From Hyphochytrium catenoides (Eukaryota > Protista > Hyphochytriomycota): a stretch of DNA of 64,000 nucleotides. Where the stretch lies: positions 1-64,000 of the forward strand of contig FLMG01002522.1 of the NCBI GenBank assembly GCA_900088475.1. The letters are read 5' to 3'. The translations under genes and the position numbers were made by a program. Of the stretch, positions 26,752-38,954 are shown one piece after another. Position 1 is the stretch's first letter; the number at the start of each line of letters is the position of its first letter. The notes under the pieces were generated by a model. The model was not told the DNA's origin. It saw only the letters and a list, made by a program, of their open reading frames with translations, and did not search any database.

Positions 26752-29700
26752 CTATAAGCTAACATGGACGGGCTTAGCAGAAGAAGAAGACAGGCGCGAC
26801 ATGTCCTCTAATGTATTCTCTCCTGGCCCTGAGCGAGAAGTTGGCGCTGGAGCATAGCCTGAGGTAGAGGAGAACTCTCTCGGGCCGTCCCACAAGTTCT
26901 TCAGATCCCCAAAGAAGTAAGAAACGACAAGGAGAACTCCAAGAGTTCCTGGCACGATATACATCAGAGCAGGCTGTCCCTGTTTCATCAAAACTACCGC
27001 GATATTGGCAAGGAGCAGAGCCGCAGCGTATCCTATAATCATAAGGAAGAAGTAGCCTCTCCACCATTTCACTCGGCGAGCAAAGTCAAAGCGAGCTGTG
27101 AGAGCGAGGAGAAGTCCAGGAAGAACGATGTCTCCGAGTCCGAGGACAACGTATCCTCCTCTCCAGTCTATCAACTTCGGAAGGAGGAGAAGCATGGGGA
27201 GCTTCTGCGGAGGAATGCAGGCCTTGTCTTCCGGATAGCGCTCGCAGTATCCTGCAGAGAGAAATGAAGGAACAGAGTAAGTCTCCTGAACACACTGGAG
27301 TAGAGTAGATGAGTAAGATAACCAAGGAAACGTGCACCAAGAGCACTATATCCTTCAATAACCATGTGTCAGGTCTGACCTACCAGCAGGAAACTTGGCG
27401 GAGTCCCCAGGTCCCCCGGTGGCCACCGTGATCATGACAGACGACGTGAAGATGTAAGGAGAGATAAACACGAAGAATATATCATAGAGGAACGCCAGTG
27501 CCAACAGTACTGTTGCAATCTTTAGCCTAGAGATCCGCAACGTGCTGATGAACATTAGACAGAGGCAGATCCCCACGAAGTCCTGGAGGGGCCATGCATA
27601 GGGTTCGTTGCGTATTGCAAACCTAGAGGCCGGCAAGGAGAACAGGAGAGAATGAGTAACATGCCGGGCACAAAGAGTACCGAACCAAGGAAGATGTAAA
27701 CATAGGAGGGGAGAGGAGTTGAGCATTATAAAGTATACCCAGGTGAGACTATAAGTAAGGTGGATTGAAGAAGCATTGACACAACTTAGACATCGCTCGA
27801 AGGGCTCAAAGAACTCGCAGGCATGAGAGCCGAAACCTCACGCGTGGAGACGATGATGGGGATAAGGGCTAGAGATAAAAGTTGTGATGGGGCGAGAGGA
27901 GCATGGAGAAGGAGAGAGAGAGTTGCTTACCAGAATGCACCAACAGCGAGGGCTACGACGATTGCGATGACATCCTGAGGGGTGATAATCACCTTGCATA
28001 GTGTCCATTCAGTCTTTATACATGGAAGAACGCGGTAAAAGAGCGGGAGGGTGACGAGTCCCATAACTGACGCCGCAGCGCCCAATGCATACATGGCGCA
28101 GATGATAGTGATCAAGTACTTTCGAAGAAAGTAAAGGACGACGAGAAACACCGAAGCGGTGGCGATGAACATGACAACATGTTTCAGCTGGAGCTCCATT
28201 GTCTCCTCTTCGTCTTCCTCAGGTGCTGCTCTCTCTCGCTGTCCGCCCGTGGTAGTAGGAAGGGCTACCTCTTTCGCTCTCGCCTTCCTCCCCTTCCGCC
28301 TCTCTGACTCTGACGCCAATATAGAGCCCCCGGTAATAGTAGCGACGGCGATAAGCCAGAGCAAGAATGACGACACATCATACGCAATGACAGTTCGTTC
28401 GTAGGGAGCCGCAGTGATCCCAGTAGACATCTTTTCACCGTCGAGTCGGCGGACGAAAAGGAGAGGAATAGTCCCTTCATAGGATGGAGTGAATGGTACA
28501 TCCCAAGCGCAGCATACCTACAGGCGTTAGAGTGGAGTCAGCTGGCTGAAAGCATCAGAAGGCTCAAGAGAAGAGGCTGACGCCGACGAGGAAAGATCGA
28601 CGCCCAGACCCCAAAAATGTCAGGACATAGGAAGACGACAGAGTTGAGATATGCTTACTTCTGCCTTATCTCCCTCGATCACGCTAGTGGGAACGCACAT
28701 CTTAGATTTACAAGTACTAGCCTCAGAGCAAGCGGGCGCGTCCACCGGCAAGGAAGTGATGGGAGAAGGCACCATCGCTCGGCCGCTGGAGCAGTCAAAC
28801 GCCATCTTTGCTCCATGCCTGTTCACAATTAAAGTACAGGTGTTACAAACAGAAAGAAGAGGCAAATGGCTAAAGAGGAGAAAGCGAAATAAGAAGAGTT
28901 CGCCTCCACGGAAGACATCATGAGAGTGTAGCCAACAGTAAGGAGATGTAAGATGTTATAGTTGGATTTCGAGCCACGGAACGAAACTGGCACTTCGTCT
29001 TGGGTCCAGAGGTTATGATGGGGTCCGTAAGAATACAGGGTAAGCTGGTCGAGTGGTCGAAGAGAACCAGAAGGGCAAGGATTGTAAGGCAGAAGAAAAT
29101 GACAAATCCGATTGACGAAACAAGAGAATGAGGGAGAGCAGAGAAGCGACTTACTCTTCGCTGAGGTTCATCGACTGGTTAACCCCCATGGCAGTGTTAA
29201 ACGTAATTACTGCCTTCGCGCCTAGTGCTGCAGCGTTCTTGAGCTTGTTCGAAAAGTTGCAGACGCCTCGAGGTACCAGCAAAATGAAGCCAGATTGCCT
29301 CGCAGAGTCAGAGACAACAGTCTTCGCTACCTCAGTTTCGTTACAGGCTGCGGAATGGTGAGAGCGCAGATGAGGGACAAGAAAAGCACCGAAGTCACCG
29401 ATCAGAGAAAAGTGTACGACGAAAGGAGAGAGCTCTGTCTGCTAGACGTCAACGCGCCCTAGGCCAGACATTGAAGACCAAGAAACACCGCAATGTTTAG
29501 AGACAGCAATACACGAGATGCCAAGGTTAGTGCAGATATTGAGCAAGGCTGGGGGTTAGCAAGTGAAAGAAAGAGAGGGAGAAGAAAAGTTGAGTTTGAA
29601 GGGTTGGAGGAGAAGCTCTGAGGGCAGGGCGCCGCACCGTAAGGGTCCGTTGTGCTTGAGACAATCGGGTACTCTTTAGCCTCATCCTCTGACGGCAGCC

Positions 29701-29860
29701 TTGCCGCTGCGGAAGTGTTCGTATTCCCATAGAAGACAAGTGATGATCCATCCCCATAGCGCACCTTCACCGCCGCATTGCTCATTGGATGGTCGGCCTT
29801 GCCTTCCACCGCATGCGCCAGTGTAAGGCCAATGAGGAGTGAGAAAACCCGGAACCACAT
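26752..29860 (-). CDS. Signal peptide peptidase-like 2-type GxGD aspartic protease with a luminal PA domain
   Basis: Signal peptide MWFRVFSLLIGLTLAHA; PA-domain RGVCNFSNKLKNAAALGAKAVITFN; catalytic motifs YDIFFVF and LGLGDIVLPG; QPALMY. Confidence 0.92.
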
Positions 29861-30294
29861 GGCCCCTAATGGTCCTTCCAATTCAAGTCAAAGTTCCGGG
29901 GGATAGACGACGGGGAGTAGAGAGACTGTGAGCTCAATGAAAGCTCTATCACGTGCCTGCTCTTCCCCGTTTCCACCTGTTGAAGCGCTTGTACTTCGCT
30001 CTTCGACTTCCGCTATAACCCTGACATTGGGATTCTAGCCAACAATGAAAAGTCCAGGTGACAACGGCTGATGCAAGCGTCTCTGGGAGCTGAGAGCTCA
30101 AGAGCAAGAGGTAACCTCTGTTTGAAGAGTAGAGTCAGAAGAAGTGCACCTTGCTAGATTAGGCTGCAGAGAGCACGCACACGCCGCAGCATGCTGGTAG
30201 AACTATAGGACGATGAGAGACTGCTGGACTCATTCTGCGTTATCCTGAGGATGGAGCCAGTCCGGTCCAAACCCTCTAAGAAAAAGATGGGGAA

Positions 30295-30347
30295 AGAGAC
30301 TAAGGGGAGAGAGGAGAGGGGGCGAGAGAGAGAGACTGAGTGAGACT

Positions 30348-30389
<42 letters not shown>

Positions 30390-30404
30390 CAGAGAGAGAG
30401 AGAG
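30295..30404. repeat. (GA)n microsatellite
   Basis: Read directly from the sequence. Confidence 0.9.
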
Positions 30405-31328
30405 ATGTTGATAATGACGGAGGCAGTGCGCTTCAAGACACCAGAACCGGTTCACTTACTAAAACCGTCCTGACTTGCCAAGGAAGAAAAGAGAGAGGAG
30501 GAGGAGGCATAAGAAAAGGAGGCGCACAGTGGAAGCACAAAAAGAATGTGGAACCTTTATGCCACCTTCCTCCACCCTCCACCTCCAAGATCATGGATAA
30601 CCCTCCCCATGAATTGCGACATATTGGATTTTCAGCCACCCTTATTCTGCATAATGTGCTGATGCATGATGCACTTGTTGTTTGGAGCAAGCCAGACAAC
30701 GGCTCGTTGTGAAGAGCTTACTCTGCGTTTGCCAGTCAATCCTTAGAGTCATTCGGCGTGTGTGAGTGACAGAGGCTTGTGTGTGTTTTGGTACTAGGTT
30801 AGGTGTATGTACTCTCTCATTATTATAAAACTTGGTAATAACTGTAGATCCCAGAGTTTTATGTTCTATGTAACGAATAAGGCCTTATCTGATTCGCAAT
30901 CTAGCTACTGTATACTGTACAGAAGCGGATTCAGTCTTCCGTGATAGTGATCATAGTGCGGTTGAAAGTGATAATCAAGTCTCGTTGGCGCCAACTACTT
31001 CCTTTCAGAAATTGCGAAAAAGCACTTCATCATCGCCTTTTATGATTGTGGCTCTGGCATCAGAACTCGGATGGGCATCATTGGTGACATCTGGATAGGG
31101 AAACATTGATGCTCAAAGTAGCTTTCTCTACAATCTGCAGACAAACATTTTTCTCAGAGGCTCCATCTCCTGCTGTGGTTGTCACTGCCTTTGCTGGGGC
31201 TCTCCGATAGTGCGATTACGGCAGCGAAGCTTTGTTTCCCTGGCGCCTGATTTAGGTCTCTAAATGAAATCAGCAGTTCTCAGTCGTTGGTAAATCTCAC
31301 CCCTTTAAAGGCTCTATTCATTATCGGC

Positions 31329-34300
31329 ATGGCAGCCGATTCCCATCAAATCGACAATCTAGACTTTTCTTTCCCTTATCAGCCCTATGACATCCAGCGC
31401 CGCTTCATGGCCGCCTTATATAACACATTGGCCCAGGAGAAAATAGGCATCTATGAGAGTCCTACTGGAACCGTAAGTGAACTTTTAGCAGTTCATGGGA
31501 CTCTGCAGTCTCTAAGTTAGTAACAGGGAAAGTCACTGAGCATTATTTGTGGCGCACTCACCTGGCTGGAAAACTTCAAAAGGCAAGAACTAGAAGGTGT
31601 TGCTGAGGTCGACCCTAAGACGCTACCTAAAGGTACCTGTGCAGAAATGTAATCTCCACGTATCATTATGTTTCATAGTTCATGCATTGTCAGGAGAGCC
31701 AAGTTGGCTTGTAGACCATGAGATACGGAGGCTATCTAAGGAGAGTATTAGTGCAGCTGAACGTAAGCAGGAGAAAAAGAAGAAGTTGGAACAGCGCTTG
31801 CAGCAACTGCGACAAGGGACAGCCTGGCGGGACAGATTGAAAAAGGCGAAGAAGGCAAGTAGCTATTGAGCCCATAGCGCCTGCAATGCTCTGAGCCGGC
31901 AAATGTCTCTAGGCTCCTATCACCTCAAACAAAAATAGTATTCCATCGGAGGACGCGAGCAGCAGTCATATCGAGGATTCCGAGATGGTGACTGAATATG
32001 AAAGCCACGGAGATCAGAAAGACGAAAGCTCCACAACCTCAGAAAGCGACAGTGATGAAGAAGACCTTGAGCCAGTAAAGGTGAAATGTGTGGGATCTTA
32101 ATTTCCATGTCCTCCTCTTTGTTTTGCTCCTTTCGTGGAGATAAGCTCCACCCCGATTCTGGTCTGTGTTGTCTGGACGAAATCGCATCTAGGAGACCCT
32201 GAACTGTCGTACTTCCTTTTTAGTTCCTGGTCCCACACTGACCTCTTTGTGCTTTAGATATTCTATTGCAGTCGGACCCACTCTCAGCTATCTCAGTTTA
32301 TCAACGAGATAAAGAAAACGCCATTCTCAACGAGAATAAAGTGTATTACCCTAGGATCAAGGACGCAATTATGCATCAACCCAGCGGTACAGAGGTTAAA
32401 ATCCGATGCAAAGATGACAGAATCGTGTCTAGAGCTACGGAAGGGTATACGAAGAAAGCTGCCAACAGGTCAGGCAAAGACGCAATCCCTAGATTTTACT
32501 TGGCGTTAGACTAAATGGAGCTGTGATCCGCCTTGGGAATGGCAGAAAGGAGATCGTCAGGCGGAGGCGCCCAATGTTGTCCCTACAGTTCCACCAGCGC
32601 CATATCACTGACTCGAGACCATGCCCTGGTAGCATAGCCCCTTCATATCCTTCAAGTCAATGTCCATTGCACGACCCTGCGCCTCTTGGGGTCTACCTAC
32701 CTTCTCCTTTCTCTCAGACTCACGATTACATCATCCTAATAGGCCAAGATCATGGATATCGAGGAGCTGGCCACAGTTGGGAGAAATGCTGGCGGGTGCA
32801 GCTATTATGGATCAAGAAAAGCTCTGAAATTTGTCGAGGTAGGTAGGGTTCCCCTACACTTGAAGGAGGCAATATGGCAGCCTTTCCCGAAGGGGTCTAT
32901 TGTCAGCGCTGCGACTTTTGTATGAAAGATGCTCCACTTGCTGATCTATCGTGAGCAGCGGGCCATTCTAAGCCTTATTCTTGCAGCTTGTGGCATTGCC
33001 ATACAACCTGATTCTGGATCGTCGGACAAGAGAGTCTGTTGGGATCAAGCTGAAGGGCAATGTTGTTATATTTGATGAAGCGCACAACATTATAGACGCC
33101 ATCAACAACATACATAGCGTGTCCATCGCTCTCTCACATGTAAAGTCCGCCCGCCTTACAACATACTTTTTCTGTCGCATGCCCGGAGACTCACTCAAAC
33201 ACCCTCTTTTTACTTTCGGTACATCGATGCACATAGATTGATGATGCGCATTTTCAGCTGAAGAGCTACATGGAAAAGTATAAAACAAGACTGAAAGGGA
33301 AAAATCTTTTCTATATAAAGCAGATTCTAGAGGTTCTTCGAAGTCTTTCAAAATATCTGCAGTCAGGTGGGTCCATAATGGGGTCCGCAAAAAGGTAAGC
33401 GCTAACATCACAAGCCACCCACTAGGCTCCAAAGACAAGCAAGGCGCTATGATGAATATTAATGAAATGCTCTTTGAGGTAAGGGTCTGTCATAGAAGAG
33501 TAAATACTCACCTGGCAGGCTGGCGGAAGTAAAGGAGCGCTGTTCAGCAAAGAAGCGACTCCCAAGGTGGATTTTGAGTTGGGAAGCCACAGAAATGGCC
33601 TTTAAGACGTCATAGTGCACAATACAGCCTAGACAGCAGCTAACTGTCGTCGTTTATGCTACCATGGGAACTCACAGAGTGGTATAGATAACCTCAATAT
33701 CTTCAAAATTGAGAAGTACTTGACGCGAAGCGATATATGCCGAAAGGTCAGCAAAATCAGTCGGCTGCAGTATGCTTATTATCGTTAAGTCGTAATGCTC
33801 CTACTTCTTTATCTGTAGCTCAGGGGATTCGCGGTGTCGTTCCACCAAAGGAGTAGCGCCTCGGCAGAGCCTGAAGATACAGAGAAAGAGAATCAATTTT
33901 CCCATATCTCTCCTTTAGACACCGTGCGAAGATTTCTTATGGCTCTGACAAACTCTAATAGTGACGGCAGGGTGCTGCTTACGCGCAACCTAAAGGGTAC
34001 ATACAGTCCTTTGCCTGCTTCTTCCATTTGCTTTACCGTTGGGTTGCTCGTAGCTCCTGTCGCTCCATTCTTGTAAAGACATGCATCTGAGCGCCTCCTC
34101 CGTACTTTATCCGGCAGACGGGTCTGACAAATGAACGGCCTGTCGTCGAATTGTACAGATACGCGAAACTCCAACCTTCGCTTCCTTATGTTGAACCCTG
34201 GAGTAAATTTCAGGGAGATCGTGGAAGAATGCCGGTCAATCATCTTAGCAGGAGGAACCATGGAGCCGGTAAGAAAAGCCTCTTCAACACCGTCTTCGCC

Positions 34301-35896
34301 CTAGTGTACAATTCAAAGGCAGGGCCGTAGTAGGAAAGAACTAATCGCCTGTCCTGAAGCCCTCCCACTGATCCTCCCCCTGCGCTGTTGGTGTGCCGTT
34401 GCCACTGTGTCTGCTTTGCCACGATATCTTATAGGTATCAGACGTCATCCTGCAGCTGTTTCCGCATCTTCCCGAAGAGAAAATAGACCTTTTCTCCTGT
34501 GGACATGTCATACCAAAGGAGAACCTTATCGCCGGTATCGATCTACGACCCGCTGGCTGTCCATTACTATCACTTACTCGTATCACGGCCCCTCTGATAC
34601 TTCTGTTCTGCATACTGAGCAGCGTGTATGAAGATTGGACCTACCGGGAAGCCTTTCGAGTTCACGTTCAGTCGTCGAAACGATCCTGAACAGGTCGGTT
34701 CTTTGCCTTTGCCGTGAAGTGGGATGTGCCCGAAGCGGCGGAGAAATTCAGCGCAAATGTCAAGGTTGTTTCTGACAACAGCTGGACACTTTTCCAGGTC
34801 GATGAACTTGGTCGTTTATTGGTAAACCTTTGTAATGTCGTACCAGAAGGCATAGTGGCGTTCCTTCCGTCTTATGCCTACTGCGATGAGTTGTTAGAAG
34901 CTTGGGAGAGGTCTGGAGTGCTAGAGAACATACGGCGGAGAAAAGAGGTACAACATCTGGCCGACCAAGTTAGCCGCGGCTTTGAGAGTTCCATGATAAA
35001 CAATCGCAAGTGACGGTAACCGCTTTGGTGCAGGTGTTCAGGGAGAAGAGAGGAAGTGGAAACACTGACGACGTCCTCAGTGATTATTCCCTGGCTGTTC
35101 ACAAGGTCTGTGCTAATTTTGCTTAGGCCCTTACTAGAGTATATGTAGCCCTCACCCTTTTGCACCCTGACATTCCCTAGGGAGCTAAAGGAGATAATCA
35201 ATGGAGCGGTCAAACTGGCGCCATCCTCTTCTCAGTCGTGGGGGGGAAGATGTCTGAAGGCATCAACTTCTCGGACGGCTTAGCAAGGTCATCTACTATC
35301 CCCAGTGACATCGCCAAATCTGGATCCCCAAATAATGATTGTCTACCATTCTGTTCCATGTCTTCAACTATTGTAGATGTGTCGTGATGATAGGATTGCC
35401 TTACCCCAACGTCAAAGATCCAGAGCTTGGAGAAAAGATGAAATATCTGGACTCAAAGCACGTAGCAACAGTCAAAGATAGGCGGAGTCCGGGCCAAGAG
35501 CTTTTTGAGAACATTTGTATGAAGGCAGTCAATCAGTCCGTGGGTAGGATATGCCCTTCTTTAAGAATCTTACGCTGGATCGACTTCCCTCTATTCTTAT
35601 CTGAACCCTCGCCTTCTTGTTGAACCACTCGCTTTCGGTCTCTAAATAACCAAGATTGTCGACGAGTGATTGATTGCTTTTACATAGGGAGGTCCATCCG
35701 CCATCGAGGAGACTACGCTGCAATTGTTTTCGTGGATCAGCGCTACGCGCGTCCTGATACCATTCAACGCCTGCCGCACTGGATACAAGATCGGTTCCAA
35801 GCTTACCATAGCTTCGGACAGGGATTCAGTGCCATTGCAAAATTCTTCAAGGCCAAGAAAGGAGCTCTTATTGCGCGGGCAGGAGAAGAAGGATAG
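31329..35896 (+). CDS. DDX11: Fe-S DNA helicase ChlR1/CHL1
   Basis: [102 protein letters not shown]. Confidence 0.95.
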
Positions 35897-36224
35897 GGAA
35901 GCTGATGGTACGATGTGCCCGGAGGGAACGGTAATTGATAAAAGTAGCGCTTATATACAACTGGCAGAGCGCAGAACTTACTCTCACAAGACACAGAGCA
36001 GACTCCTCAAAAGTAGCAACTCGCTAGAGCAGCAGCGAGGCTCGCGACACGGGGCCAAATAGCCAGCGAGGGTCTTCTTGGGGGAAGGAGAGGGCTGACG
36101 TCCAGGAGAGAGAGGTGTTGGTAGAGACATGGGCGGAGGGTGCCGAAGGCAGGCAGGTGAATGCGAGAGAAGTGAAGAGCGATCAACCCAAGGTGCCTTA
36201 GAAACCTGGTCGAGCCGTAGGACT

Positions 36225-37154
36225 TTACTCGGAGTTGGAGTCGTATGATACAAGTGAGGTCAAGGGATTCTGGCTCTTTGACTGCAAGGAAGTAGCCTTT
36301 GGTGGCTCCGGAGTCTGCAGCTTCCTCTTCTTTGTTCCATTCTCCCCCTCGGCTGCCTTCTTCTTCTTCTTCACCTTAACTCTAACATTAGCTATTGGGC
36401 CACTCGTCAACTTTTCCTTGTCTATCGAGTTCTTGATGGCATTGGAGAGTAAGTCTCCCGCGCCAGGATCTAATGCTGTCTTGCCCGCTGGATTTTCTGG
36501 GTCCTCTTCATCCTCCGAGTCTATTCTTTTGATCGACTCTGTTTTTTGCGCCTTTTCGAAGGCCTCCTTGGCGATCCGCGCGTCTTCTTCCTCGAGCTGC
36601 TTTCTCTGCATTTCTTCCAGTTTCTTTGGGAGTGCGAGTAATGCCTCAGTGTCAACTCTCTCATGTCGCTGGTTGATGGCCTTCATTTCGTCCAACGCGT
36701 CCAAGATATCCATCTCCATCTTCGAGTCTAATGTTCTGTTCTCAAGTGCCTTCATGGAGTCCATCTTCTCCTCTTCTTCTCTCTTATTTAGTGCTTCCTC
36801 CTGGGCTGCCTCGTTTTGCCTCCATGGCTCGAAATTTCTGCTGCAACCCATCTCGGCTACGTAGTCCCCACTCTTGGGATCTGTCTTGAAGGTAATCTTG
36901 GCGGAGCAAGAGACGCACTTGATATAAAAGCGGTAAATCTGAATGCCGTGATAATCTTCGCCTTCCGCAACCTCCTTCTTGGAGTTAAACTTTTTGCCTC
37001 TGTACATGAACTCACCGCATGTGTTGCATTGGATGCTCATCGGAAGCATCATTCTCACTTCAATCTTCTCATTTTTGGGTCTCTTCTGTCTGGGAATGAT
37101 GGACGGATCAAAATCTGGCGGGAAGTACTTATTCAGTACCTTTCGTTCACCCAT
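36225..37154 (-). CDS. YJU2: Splicing factor YJU2/CCDC94 (CWC16 family), intronless
   Basis: MGERKVLNKYFPPDFDP, CNTC..GKKFN, CVSC..FKTDP, LENRTLDSK.EMDILDALDE. Confidence 0.95.
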   Translation of the reverse strand: MGERKVLNKYFPPDFDPSIIPRQKRPKNEKIEVRMMLPMSIQCNTCGEFMYRGKKFNSKKEVAEGEDYHGIQIYRFYIKCVSCSAKITFKTDPKSGDYVAEMGCSRNFEPWRQNEAAQEEALNKREEEEKMDSMKALENRTLDSKMEMDILDALDEMKAINQRHERVDTEALLALPKKLEEMQRKQLEEEDARIAKEAFEKAQKTESIKRIDSEDEEDPENPAGKTALDPGAGDLLSNAIKNSIDKEKLTSGPIANVRVKVKKKKKAAEGENGTKKRKLQTPEPPKATSLQSKSQNPLTSLVSYDSNSE

Positions 37155-37844
37155 GGTGCCTAACTCTTAAAAGGAGGACAGAGGTGTGGAGAAGCTTTAA
37201 GCCCAAGCTCAAGAATAGGACCCTTACTGATACACGCCAGTTCTTTTTGTCAGTAGATTGTCTCTTTCTGATCAGAGAGACGCTTTCCAGACTTCGGACT
37301 GCCTCAGAGACACATTGCTCAATGCATTCTGAAGCTTTTATTGTCGATTTTTACTTTGGAGCGTTGCGGATGTCAAGACCATACCGTTCTTGAGACCATG
37401 AAGTATTCACATTGTTTCATGAAGGCTTCCACGAAAAATACACTTTCTCCAGTTGCGATTGACTGGATATAGATTTCAGGATTTCAAAGCTTCATATATA
37501 TTCTTTTGTTTCACACAGCCATAAAGCCCATTGAGAGTTTGGACTCTTTCGAGTGAAGACTTTATGAGACCAAACGCAGCACTCGAAGAGCTATCATCAT
37601 ATCCTCAGACCTCCAGCGGCCCAGACACCACCGCCACCGCCTTTAGAAGTGGAGGCCTCAGAAGTGCAGAGCAGCTGGCGATGCCCGTCGGCCTGATATC
37701 GTCAGTAGAAGTCTCCTTGCGTGAGGGAACGGACGGAAGTGCGGCGGAGACGAGTTTCTTCGGAAAAAACATTGAGGGTGAGCAACGGTCGGAAACTGGG
37801 ACGCTTGGCACAAGCAAGATATGCGCTAGCAGTAGCTTGTCAAG

Positions 37845-38348
37845 ATGGCAAACGACGACCCTTTCGCACCTGAGCTGTTGAGGAGACAGAGACGACTCTT
37901 AAATATCCTAACCCCACATGTGGATGATAAGAACGACGTGGCGATTGTCCTGGCAATACTTACTACCATCTTTGTATTGGCCTGCTTTGGAGTGGGCTGG
38001 TGTTGGCTGAAGGCTAAACGCAGAGCTGCAGCAGCTCAGTATCAGATGATCTCCAAGGCACTAGAAGCTGAAGAGGAGGAATTCTCCATGAAGTTCCATA
38101 CGGACGTTACGGATGCCCTCTTTACAATCTCAGGCGATGATGAACTCAACTATGACTTGGACGAGATCAGGCAGATGAAAGCAGTTGAAGACTATAAAAA
38201 AGGCGTACTAACTGAGGAGCGTGAGCACTCTGGGGACAATGGAGATAGGAGCCCAAAACAGGGCAAGGCAGGTGTAGAGGAGCCTAGCTCGAACGGGCAT
38301 AGCACCATCCACGAAGAAAGCAAGACCGACACAAGACTGTCGCCATAG
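37845..38348 (+). CDS. Small single-pass membrane protein of unknown function (167 aa)
   Basis: ATG-initiated ORF with TM segment VAIVLAILTTIFVLACFGVGWCWL, then a basic KAKRR stop-transfer signal, YQMI and an acidic tail. An upstream exon is possible. Confidence 0.6.
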   Translation: MANDDPFAPELLRRQRRLLNILTPHVDDKNDVAIVLAILTTIFVLACFGVGWCWLKAKRRAAAAQYQMISKALEAEEEEFSMKFHTDVTDALFTISGDDELNYDLDEIRQMKAVEDYKKGVLTEEREHSGDNGDRSPKQGKAGVEEPSSNGHSTIHEESKTDTRLSP

Positions 38349-38954
38349 ATCTCAGGCCTCTCGCTCTTATCCTATAGCTCTCTACTTACCCCTTTCTCTC
38401 ATCCTTCATCTCTCTTTCTTGAGTTACATTTCGTGCATTGGCTATATAAAGGGTAGCCAGCTGAGCTACAAGCTATACCTATCTGTCAATTGCAAACTTC
38501 GGTGGGCGGTGCGGTAAGAAGGTTCTCTGATTCTTGTCGACACACTCTCTTTCTAAAGAGATTGGTACGGTTATAGCTTAATGGCTCTTGCGTCGCGCGT
38601 GCAGGGAGGAAAGTCTGTCTCTTTTGGTTCTGGAGGCGATAGAGAGGAGCAGAAGACTTCAACTTGGTTGATGTCTCGCACAGGTGCTTAATATTATTTA
38701 ATGACAATAGTGTTCTCAGGGTGAACCGCTGGCTCCAAGATAATGAGGTGCAGAAAGGGACTAGTCCCTGAAGAAAGGGTACCATGAAGTAGAAATTATG
38801 CTATCAATGGGACAGACAAGGAACGAGGGTTCTCTTGCTAATGACGTCGAAGTGTGAGGAAATTCCCAGGGTACAGCGACGTCTAATGGCGAAGCAAACT
38901 CGAAGTGATCAGAGCGCAACTAAGCCGAGAGAACAGCAAAGAAAACCAGGAAGA

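Noticed and set aside
36235-36864. 209-aa antisense ORF over YJU2, and similar ORFs over the phosphorylase and METTL13
   Set aside because: The S/F-rich sequence mirrors E/K-rich sense codons and has no independent motif.
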